Source: Eledone cirrhosa
Taxonomy: Eukaryota
Length of the DNA stretch: 64,000 nucleotides
Reading direction: 5' to 3'
Assembly: GCA_964016885.1 (NCBI GenBank)
Contig: OZ024747.1
Coordinates: 16,182,001-16,246,000 of the forward strand
The translations under genes and the position numbers were made by a program. Shown here piece by piece: positions 52,971 through 64,000 of this stretch; the stretch's first letter is position 1; each line of letters opens with the position of its first letter. The notes under the pieces were generated by a model. It was given only the letters and a program-made list of their open reading frames with translations. It was not told where the DNA came from and ran no database searches.

Positions 52971-53057
52971 ATCTTATGTTGTTTATTACATAACTAAAAA
53001 GCTTGGTAGCCTACATAGAGCACTCTCTTTTCTTTACCTTTGCTACGGAAATACTTC

Positions 53058-53145
<88 letters not shown>

Positions 53146-53488
53146 TCAGATATTAATGTGTTTGTTTCTACGTGCATGTAGGTGTTCGTGTGTACATACA
53201 AATCTCATCTATTATTTTTCGCACACACAGACGTATGTGACTAAATAGGTGACAGTAACAATATATCATTGTGTCTAGTACGGGCCATTTGTGTGCTAAT
53301 TCATTAGAATTTAGTAGACGTATATCTTGTTTGTTTGAAGGTTTTATATTTTTAGTTTCTAGTGACTGATTTCTGACAATTTATACTGTATTAGCAATTC
53401 CCCAAATCATTAAACGCTTTCGAAAGTCCATGCCGATACATTACAATGTTATTGTAAGTTATTTAGAGTGTGCTTGTTTGAAAGAGTG

Positions 53489-53531
<43 letters not shown>

Positions 53532-53552
53532 ATACAACATACATATACATAT

Positions 53553-53786
<234 letters not shown>

Positions 53787-54224
53787 TTATATACGCAAAT
53801 ATATTTATATATAAATATGCGTGTCTACATGTATGCAGATAGCTTTGTGAGTATACATCTGTGAATTGCTTCAATGATATTGATGTTTCCTGTATGTCAT
53901 CAATAGCAATTAACTCGTAAGTTTCTATTATATGTGTTGGCTTTGAAATGTTTGTGTTGATGGAATAGACTACCAAGTAGATTTGTACATAGCTAATGAA
54001 AAACGGACAAGAATAACGGCAAACAGAACATTGAAGAAAAACGGTATTATTTGTTAAGTATATATATATATATATATATCACCCTCTGCATGTCCGTGAT
54101 GTCCAGCAGACAACTGATGAAGGGAAACGCCCCGCGTTCGTGCCTCCCTCTTATTTATCTAGCAACTACACAGCCCCTGTTCCTTCAATATATATACACA
54201 TACACACACATACACACACACACA

Positions 54225-54293
<69 letters not shown>

Positions 54294-54297
<4 letters not shown>

Positions 54298-54923
54298 CTA
54301 AACTATTCTTTAAAGCTCTTGACAAACGCTTCCCTAGAACACATAACTATTACTCAATTTTTAATAGACACACTATAAAATTAACTTACTCGTCCACCAA
54401 AAATTTAGCACAAAATATTAATAGAATTAATAATAGGAATTTAAAACCTAACCAAAATACCAATAATAACCCAAACAATCTTCAATTAAATAACTGTAAC
54501 TGTAGAAATAAATCTAACTGACCGTTAAATAACAACTGCTTAGCTAAAAATGTAGTGTACAATTGTAATGTTAAAACTAATTTAAATTCATTTAACTATG
54601 TTGGTTCCACCTCTACCGAATTTAAATTTCGCTTCAATAATCATAAGAATTCTTTCACAGATCCAAACAAAAAATCTTCAACTTCGCTATCTAGCCTACT
54701 ATGGGACCTAAAACGAGATAATATTAAATATTCGATGAATTGGAATATTATTTCATAAGCTACTCCTTTTAATTCCTCTTCAGAAAATTGTGATCTTTGT
54801 ATTGAAGAAATATTCTTTATATTAAAGTCCAAAAATTCCCTTAATCTAAGGAACAATTTATTCAGTTGCTGCAGCCATAGATTGAACTCAACGTTTAAAT
54901 ATAAATATAAATTTAAAATGTAG
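54294..54923 (+). pseudogene. GIY-YIG endonuclease remnant with in-frame TGA and TAA
   Basis: IAKLFFKALDKRFP..IFNRHTIKLTYS..CNCRNKSN*PLNNNC..VVYNC..YVGST..WNIIS*A..CDLCIEE..CCSH. Confidence 0.88.
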
Positions 54924-56491
54924 TATAATTAATTAAGTAATTTAGTTAATATATGAAACCTGTCGATAAATCATTAGATTCCTTCACCTTTTTCTTTTTA
55001 AACTTTCTTCCTAAATATAAACATGGATATAATAAACTACTCTAAAATGTCCATACTTCCAATGTATTAAATAAAATATACGTAAGATAAATTTCTATTC
55101 TAAATATAAGGTTATCTGTAGAATCATTGGGTTTTTTAAATCTTTTAAATTATTTTTATTTATTTGTTTTGATTCTGATAGCTTCTCATAACTTTCATAA
55201 GTCTACCCTTTCAATATCTTGATTGAGATATACGTAGGATAAATTTATATACTAAATATATAAAACATATTATTTTAACTTAAGATACTCTATAGTGTTT
55301 TAAAGATATTTAATGCTTTGATATTTCTAGATTTCTTTTGACTATACTGATATAGTTGCATTTCCAAAATATATTCCTTTGGTATTTTAAATTTATATTG
55401 TTATGCTTATATTTACAAGTTATAATCCTTTAGTAATATATTGATATTTGATTATCTCTATACAAATGCATATGTGTGTATTAACATGCATATAAAGTGT
55501 TATAGGTTTTTTTTGTGTTTGTATATATGTCTGTATATATACATGAGGGAGGCGGGAGGACGCACGCAATATTTATTTATACATATGTATGTGTATATAT
55601 GTATGTATATATATATCTATGTAGGTGAGAGGTATCTTGCAGATATGCATAATATTAAATACATGAATGGTAATCGTATATATGAGGACATTAATATTAA
55701 TCGTATATATTTATGTATATATACTGTGAACTTTTTATAACACAAGGAATGTATAGCAGTAATTAAGAGACATCATTTGCGTTTTGTATGGCTATATTGT
55801 TGGCTTGAGTAAACATAATTTCTATTTTCAGGACGTGCGTATGTGTGTATATATATATATATACATATATATTTGTATGTCTTTGCATAAGATACTGATC
55901 TCTATAGCAAGGGTACATTTTGAACGATTTAACTCAGATTTTGGTATATTGATCTCAAGTTTTTAAATTAAACATATAGTCATTATTGAACAATGTTTAA
56001 TTTCTCATATTATATATCTATGTCCCATTCATGAATATTGATATTTATATTTTTATTATTCATTTCATATAAATTGTTAACTCAACTTAATATGACATGA
56101 CGTAAAGTTTTCATTGTCTCCCCCTCTCTCTATATAGTATTTCTCTCTCTTGAGTTTTTCTATCTGTATGTTGACTTGATATCTCTCTGTTGCTTTCCTT
56201 TGTTTTTCTTATTTCTTCCTTTTTCCTTTCTCTTTTATTTCTTCCTATCTTTATTTATCTCTTTCTTTTCTCCATACATTTCTCTCTCTCTCCAATATTT
56301 CTCCAGGTTTTCTTTCTTTCTCTCCGACTTTTTTTCTTTTTTTTTTCTTTCTCTCCGTCTTTTTCTAATTGTGCTTAACACTATGACTTATTAAAATAAT
56401 ATAAACAAATCACTATCCAGACAGCCTCCAAAAGTAATGGTTGCATTTTAAAAGGGTACGTCAAAGCTATTTGTAAAACTGTTATATATTG

Positions 56492-56556
56492 TATTTTGTC
56501 TGATGAAGGCATACCATAATTTAATGTGGTATCCCTGAAATATGTATAATGAAATA
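56492..56556 (+). ncRNA. Type I hammerhead ribozyme in the 3' pLTR
   Basis: UAUUUUGU CUGAUGA AGG-C-AUACCAUA..UGUGGUAU-C-CCU GAAA UAUGUA UA AUGAAAUA. Confidence 0.8.
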
Positions 56557-56595
56557 AATATGGTTTTATAAATATAGTTTCGATTTATTAATATC

Positions 56596-56631
<36 letters not shown>

Positions 56632-57739
56632 ACAGTGCGTGTATCTATGTACATGAGCTCTTCTACGTTAGTCATCGTGTGTCGATCGATCTACATAAAA
56701 AATATTCGTTTTCAATTATTTGTATCATTTGTCCATGTATGTTGTGATAAAGCCGTTAAGTCTTCATATTATATCTGAGACAACGTTGCGCTTCACACTT
56801 CCATAAATAAAGCATGAATCCGCGTGATATCTTGCGATCATCTGAAGACATCTAGCAGCAAAGGAATTGTCTATAGCTTTTCCAAATTACCCCCACCCCC
56901 ACCAACGACAATATACAAACAAATTAAAATATATGTATTATTCTAGACATGGTATAATTCAATAACGCTTACACTTTGTAGATGGTTAAATATGGCTTAA
57001 CATCAATGTACATACAGAATAATATAGTTGAATATAGCTCACTCAATTTCAATTATGAGTGTTCCAGTCGTTCACTTTAAAAAGTTATCTACAAAATCTA
57101 AGTGGTTGAATCGGTTAACCATAAACAATTACGAGACGGGGTCCACTTGAGAATATATGTCAAAGCTAGGACTATGAATTACCGTTACAGTTCAGCCGAT
57201 TGTTTTCCAAACCGTTGTTGTCTATACAGTTTCACTCACAGTGTTTGGATCAACCCATCGCTACATTAAAATGTCCGTCTCTAATGTTTCAGGCAGCTGG
57301 ACCGTTCACAGGCCCTTATGATTGTAAAGCGAACCGTTTCTCATCCAACTATGCTGCGTCCAAATATATACATGTTTGATACGTATTTCTTTAAATCTAC
57401 ACATCAGGAATCTTTTCTTAGTTTCCCAACATCTGCAGGATTTTAAACTCAGAATACAGCATCTGAGAAATAAATTCTGAGAAACTTTTTTCCAACATAT
57501 GCATTGTTTCTGGCAGCTTGGATAATACTCAAATTGATATTCACACATTTATATATTACATATGCAAGTAGCTATATAAAAGTGTTAATATGAATCCATC
57601 AGCCACATTGCTTAACAGAAAACGTAAACTATAATTACTTATGGTGCTTCACTCTTATGAAACTAATTTTGGAAACTGTTACTCATGAGAATTGTACGAA
57701 GTGTTAACAGTCTCCATAGCTTTATTTAGCTAGTCACCG

Positions 57740-57929
<190 letters not shown>

Positions 57930-60222
57930 CATGTATACATATATGTATGGCTAGCCCTCAAATGATTGATGACTAGCTTGAAATGTATCTAATAACTAAG
58001 CAAGTATGAAAGCTAGGCTAATAAATATGTTGTTGTATTATTATGTTGAATGCGACGCAAAACATTTCAGAACGAATTGATTAACTATTAAATGAAAATA
58101 CTGAATAAGGATTTAAGTAGAATATATTCAGGAGGATATATTAGAAAGATCAGAAATGATGTTTGGTAACACTACCATCACACAAATCAACATCATTTCA
58201 TCCCAGAACCAGCAACACTAGAACAGAACTACAGGCACTACGAACGCCATTAACATTATCACCATTAACATCATCATCATTGACATCGTCATCATCATCA
58301 TCATCACCATAACCGTCATCATCAATAACAGATAACCCGCTGTACAACACAATGCGCCAGGTCATAATCATGCTAGTGCCAGCTGAGAACGCAGGCAGAA
58401 ATGTTGTAAGTGAATGGACCATGTTAGTATAGTTTGCGTGTGAAACCACAGCAAACCAGTGGGAAAAAATGATGGTCCATTAAGACATTAAGAGGTTGTA
58501 TACAGAAAATGCATGAAAAATGGTAAGCGGATGGATTATTCTAAACTGTTGGACAGAATATTTGTGACTAGGCCAGTGCAATACGAAAGAAAAACAAGTG
58601 GTTCTCTGATTTTTAACTAGAAGCTATTATGAAAAGAAGAATGGAGAGTAAGGATGTGTATAATGAAACGAGTTTGGCATGAGTGACTATGATGCCCAAG
58701 ATATAGTATTAGACAGCAGTATTTCAAACAATGATAATCCGACTGAAAGGATACCCCTCCGATAACAGGACCCGAAAGAAGATGTGGGGTTTGCAAAAGA
58801 GGAAATACGTTTCACTGATCGATTGATAGAACTGGGGGACCTACAGAACTGTGAATTTGTGTGTGATGTTACGAATGTGGATCAATGGAAATTGAAGCAA
58901 GACAAATTGCACATTGATAAGGTAATTTTACGTTTACAATCAACATTTCAGAAAGCAACCAATTGTTTAAAGAGTAATTAAACTTTTAGCAGAAAACTTA
59001 GGATAGAAAATAAACCCAAATGCAAATACGAGAAAGAAAATGCGTACAAAGACATGTGGTAGAATAGTTGAATATGATGGAAAGGAAACCATTGTAAAGA
59101 AATTCAAAAATTTAAACTGCAAGTGTTGTATAGATAACTGCATCTGAATTACTCTATAATACAGGCATTCAAGTAGGACACGCCCACATTGTACCCCAGA
59201 GAGTAACAGATAAATTCGACATTAAATTTGAAATTAGAACGTAAAGAGGCACAACTAAGAACTGGAAAGTGCTTTGTACTTAACGCTACCTATTCTGAAC
59301 GTTTACTGTTTTAAACAACAATTTATTTTAAAAGGGTTAAGTAAATCATGTTTTGTAATGAAAATATAAACAATAAATAATTCATATTCGCTAAATTTGC
59401 AATTTAACGTAGTACAATTTCCAATAAACAGCGTCACTAAAAAGACATTGTATATATATTGAATCAATACGTGTGTTTCAGTTGAATGTTCATGTTGTTT
59501 TCGATTTCTTACAACATTTATTTTGCTTTTTGTCGCTACTGTTTGTATTTTTAATGAGGTATTTTGCCGCAGGTTTAAAGAAATTCTATTCTGTTTAGAC
59601 AATTGACATATTCACTTTCAATGTATTCATATTCCGACAGACTAATAAGAATAAAGAAGGCAATATTAAAAATGCAAATATTAAATACTATTGAAGGTAG
59701 TGCTAGAGGGAATTTATACATTTTCTTGACAGCAATATGCATTAGTGTATTGGTGAAATCCGAAATAATTATGATTCCTGATAGAGCTATATGGTTACCG
59801 TTTTTTTTTTCGTGTGTGGTAGAATATGTGACAAAAAATTCGAATACATAGGAATTCGCGACTAAAATTATATTTCTTGCCCAGAGAAATAAAACCAAAA
59901 CTAGATTATCAACTATCGTGATATAACAATGTCATACAATTTGGGAGATGGGTTCGACGATTTAATCAACACTATTAGTTAACAGGAACTTGCTTTTCGA
60001 TACTGACAGATGAAATGTAATTTTGAAGGAACCAGGATTTGGCTTAATAGCAGACACCGAGGACCATATAATCTTTGTTTTGCATTTTGGCCAAAAACCA
60101 AGAAAATATTTTCCGCAAAAAACATTCTATAACCAGTTGAAAACCCAACAGATTTACAGAGCAGAACACGGAAGCAAACAAAGACACTACTACTACTACT
60201 ACTATGCTACTATTAATACTAC

Positions 60223-60411
60223 AAATAATTGTTTCTACTGTTGGCGCAAGGCCAGCAATTAACCAGTGCATTAATGTTACTTATTTTATCGTTCCCGTAA
60301 TGATCAAAGGCAAAGTTAACCTCGGCGGGATTTGAACTCAGAATGGCGAGGGCAGTAACTCCATGCGTCAACGGATGGTGTCCGACTCTCTACCGATACT
60401 GCCAATTCACC
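60223..60411 (-). mobile_element. tRNA-derived SINE
   Basis: Reverse complement of the 51711-51903 family. Confidence 0.85.
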
Positions 60412-60469
60412 CTACAAATAATGATAATAAAAGCATAAAATTAATAATAAAAATGATGATGATGAATAT

Positions 60470-60660
60470 TATAATTCGTTTGTCATAGAAACAAATCCAG
60501 CGAATTAGGGGAATGAGGAAGTCAATTATATTGACCACACTACTTGACTGCACATTAATTTATCAACTTCAGAAAGATGACAGGCACATTTGACGTCGGT
60601 AGAATTTGTACTCAGAACAAAGAGAACCAGAATCTATGCTACAAATCATTTCGATTCTCT
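60470..60660 (-). mobile_element. Old, diverged SINE copy
   Basis: TTTATCAAC..AAAGATGACAGGCAC..GACGTCGGTAGAATTTGTACTCAGAAC matches the family loosely. Confidence 0.55.
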
Positions 60661-63419
60661 AAAGATTCTACATAGCCCCGGACAATGGGATGGTATGCAT
60701 TATCATTTTCTATAGCATTTCACAAATATCGAAAATGCGTTACAGTCAGTTTTTCGCTCCAAATTTACTGGTCACCATGTTTTATTCAAAATAGATGTAG
60801 TGGGAAAATGCAGCTAAATTTGAAGAGACAGGTTGACCGATATTCAATGAAAATTGTTAAACAAGATCTATGAAGAGAATATAAAAAATCTATTCACATG
60901 TAGCGACAACGAGGTTCCCTCTAAAGTTAAAAATAGAGATAAGAAATAAAGAAATTAGCGACATGGATGAAGATTACGATGACCTTACTTTGTGGTAATT
61001 ACGTTGAGGTTAAATGGATCACGACAGCTCTCTTTGTTCGATATACACTCAGTAAATTGGATTGTACAAGAAAGTATTATCCTTATGAACGTACATATCA
61101 GCTTGCTGATTAACTTCTATGAAATCATAGGATATTAATTTAAACGTATGGAATGTGCGAAGGGTTAAATCTGGCAATTATAGAAGTGGAAAATAGATCC
61201 ACACAAATATTATTTGAAGAAATGTGTGTACTAACTGGTGTACATTGAAGGATTGCATCAAGGTGAAATGCTAACCTGATTCATCTGATTAAACGACTAC
61301 ATGTGCATTTCATAAACAAGAATACAGATCAATAGTTTTAACATACATAATTAATGTAAATCTTTCTATTTTGAAGCCACATAGGAATATATATGTAGGA
61401 CGGGGTATTCCGCAACAAAATACCAGTTCAGAAATGGGAGTTAACTGAGAAATCGTTTGTATAACGTTGAAAATTAACTGACAATCTTTTCTCAATGATA
61501 GTCGCTTTTAAATAAATTGCCTTTAAATAAATTAGAAGATCGAAATATGAGGACCTTGGTCATTTCTGTATTCAAATACGACTGATATGATAACTAATAT
61601 TTTCAGGAGACCTCGCATCAGTAATCAAAATCTCACGTTTTTCTCATTATATGAATGTGACTGCAATATGATCTGTCAATTTAGAAAATTTCATATCCTG
61701 TTTAATACAAAAATCCTTAACATTATCCTTGAAATTCTCATAATCGATACATTACTAGAGTCTTCATTGTTTTGTGGTATAGAAAGGAAACTAAATCAAA
61801 GAATGTCGAAACGAATTCAGATAGATCATTGCCTAATAAAATAAATCTCAATTAAAATTATTTCTACAAAATGTGTAGAGGATAGCACATTTATTGGCGA
61901 AATAGAGGTAGAGCATGGCATAGAAAAACATGGTAAAAAAACACGAAATCATTCCTTTCATCTGTTCACGTTTTGATTTTCGACACGAATTACATTCATT
62001 TTTCTTTAAGTAGTAACATGTGTGCTGAAGACGTAGAATCATTTCTATCGACAAAAGTCTCATATAAATAATTTCTCTTATGAAAATGATGGCTTAGACT
62101 CTAAACCCGAAAAGAGGGTAGTATTTCAGAAATCTATATACACCCGACTGCCATTAAAGTAACACAAGTTTTGATAAACTGTAGATATAACTCTCGCCTT
62201 TTATTGTGTAGAGTAAATAGAATTTGTGTTTGAAAAATAATTTGTGAACATCTATTTCTACAGTCCTGCAGGGTCGAATATAACTCTTATGAACCTGAAG
62301 AGAACAACCGAAAGAATAATCAATTTAATTCTCCTTTAAAGAATGTTGAAAGCATCTTATGCAGTGTTTGATTAAACTTGATCATTCTGTGTAGAGGATT
62401 TTTTAATATTCAGAAAAAAATAGTCATAAGGCAACAAATCAATTATGTTTAACAATAATGAATGTGCAAATAAATATTACACAATGTACGAGTTAATCAG
62501 ATTGCTGATTAAATATCTCCGAGGGAAAACAACTTAGATTATATAAATTCCGATGTTGCCGAAAGCATTTTTGGAAAATCTTAAATCGTATAAGATAGAT
62601 ACAGAGAAATGTATGTTACTTGATTGTTGACGGTTTAGTGCTAAAGTGAGTCGATCCTCATCTATTTGAAATGACATTTTCCCCGATTCAATCAAGAACT
62701 ACGATATTTTTATGAATATTTAAATGTTTATTCATATTAGTATTTCAATTGGCAACCTTATCGCTTCGCATAAAGAACGCCATTTTAAATAATGTAATTC
62801 TGTCTTATTTTATAATTGACGTAATACATAAATATATATTCGTTCTTGTAAATGTTTCAATTATTCACATTTTTATTACCATCCTCACGTAACCAGTTCC
62901 ATCATCACCACCAGCACCACCGTCATCATCCTAATTCGTGTTCGATTGAGCAATGATTAGCTTTTGAATAAATAATATTGTTCAAAACTTCGTATTTTCA
63001 AGGCCGGTGTGTAAAAAGGTTTTTACAAACATTAATATTCTGAATATATAATATCAGGTTCTGTAGAGAATGAAAAAAAAAAATAATATATGATAATGAA
63101 AGGCATTAGAATTTTCTCACTTATATTAGAGGTCGTGTTTTCATGTAGATCAGAATGTTATCCTGTTATCAATAAGGGATGTTCAAAACCTTAATGGCAT
63201 AAGATGAAGGTATCTCGCATTCCTAATTATATATTCAATATCAATTTCTCGATACATGGGAGGAAGACATAATTTGAATGGAGGATATGTAATGTGATGC
63301 TAAATATGTTAATGCATTTTCAGGCGCTTTGCCATTTACGAAGATTAATATTCATATTCAAATAATCCAGAAGCATACTTGCTGCTATAATTAAATTCCA
63401 CAGATTGATGTTGAAGTCT

Positions 63420-63960
63420 ATTTGTCTTCCTTTAATCTATATACGGATACTAAGGGGAGTCACGTTCAGGCAGTCCCTGTTCACCACTACTATCCACATT
63501 TCACTACACTCTTTAGAATGCAGCACTTCTTTCCTCTTAATTCTAATTATCGGGTGAAACTCGGAAAACATAATCAGGAAGAGAAACGTGCTTGTCTTGA
63601 AACGTTTCAAGCATTTTACCCACATGGCCTGATTCGTCTACCACCCTTTAGTTGAAAACATCCTGAACGTTCTGGTTACAGGAATGTGATACATCCTCCT
63701 TCCACGTGTTCGATATATATCCATAAATCAGCAATGATCGGACACTGGATGAGTGTGGCCAAGTGGGTTTCATGACACTTCCTGTATTTCGGACAGGCTT
63801 GGCTGATGGTGCCGCCATGAGTGTAGAGTTATCTCCAACTGCCAATGATCTATTCTACCACTTCATGGCACTGTAGCAATATCTGTCACTCTAAATGCAT
63901 TCAGTGCAACCAGGATTCTGTTGGCATCGGCGCCAAAGATCAACCAACGTTCACCGTAAA
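63420..63960 (-). pseudogene. Possible degenerate RTE-like LINE remnant
   Basis: SSVRSLLIYG..TW resembles the RTE motif Y.S.V.S.LLYG.ETW. The region is GC-richer than its flanks. Confidence 0.35.
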
Positions 63961-64000
63961 ATAATGTCTGCATAATTATAAATGCTGCCAATTACTTTAC

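Larger units (their letters stand above)
54294..56597 (+). mobile_element. 5'-truncated Naiad-like PLE (linker, GIY-YIG, long 3' region, HHR)
   Basis: The coding remnant aligns with the C-terminal part of 3832-5973. HHR at 56492-56556, and (TA)n at both ends. Confidence 0.75.

Noticed and set aside
54109-54145. CTGATGA AGG GAAA CGC CCC GCG TT hammerhead-like string
   Set aside because: There is no helix II and helix I does not pair. At best it is a decayed relic.
54950-55000. ATGAA-N10-AAA as a SECIS candidate
   Set aside because: No complementary 3' arm with a correctly placed GA was found.
58440-59100. Possible LINE endonuclease remnant (LLDRIFV..SDYD)
   Set aside because: Too few motifs to support a call.

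Overview
AT-rich, microsatellite-saturated metazoan non-genic DNA. The repeat complement looks cephalopod/octopod-like, which is an inference. No host gene is recognisable, and most ORF-track entries are (TA)n/(TG)n artefacts. Mobile elements: two Penelope-like elements (PLEs) with intact RT plus GIY-YIG ORFs (Naiad-like at 3697-8603 +, Neptune-like at 46887-51251 -), a third 5'-truncated Naiad-like copy, a tandem stack of L1/Tx1 LINEs in (ATCT)n, R4/Dong and RTE remnants, two Helitron derivatives and about eight tRNA-type SINE copies. Not explained by the ORFs: about 15 type I hammerhead ribozyme (HHR) motifs from several unrelated pLTR families, many in fold-back mini-elements beside (TA)n and with recurring non-canonical cores. 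Top observations: (1) an HIV-like U_UUU_UUA -1 frameshift site joining an upstream ORF to the RT ORF of the Neptune-like PLE; (2) a PLE whose 5' end falls within 1 nt of its ribozyme cleavage site; (3) an in-frame UGA at a conserved Cys in a Naiad-like copy. All structures were folded by eye and no searches were run.
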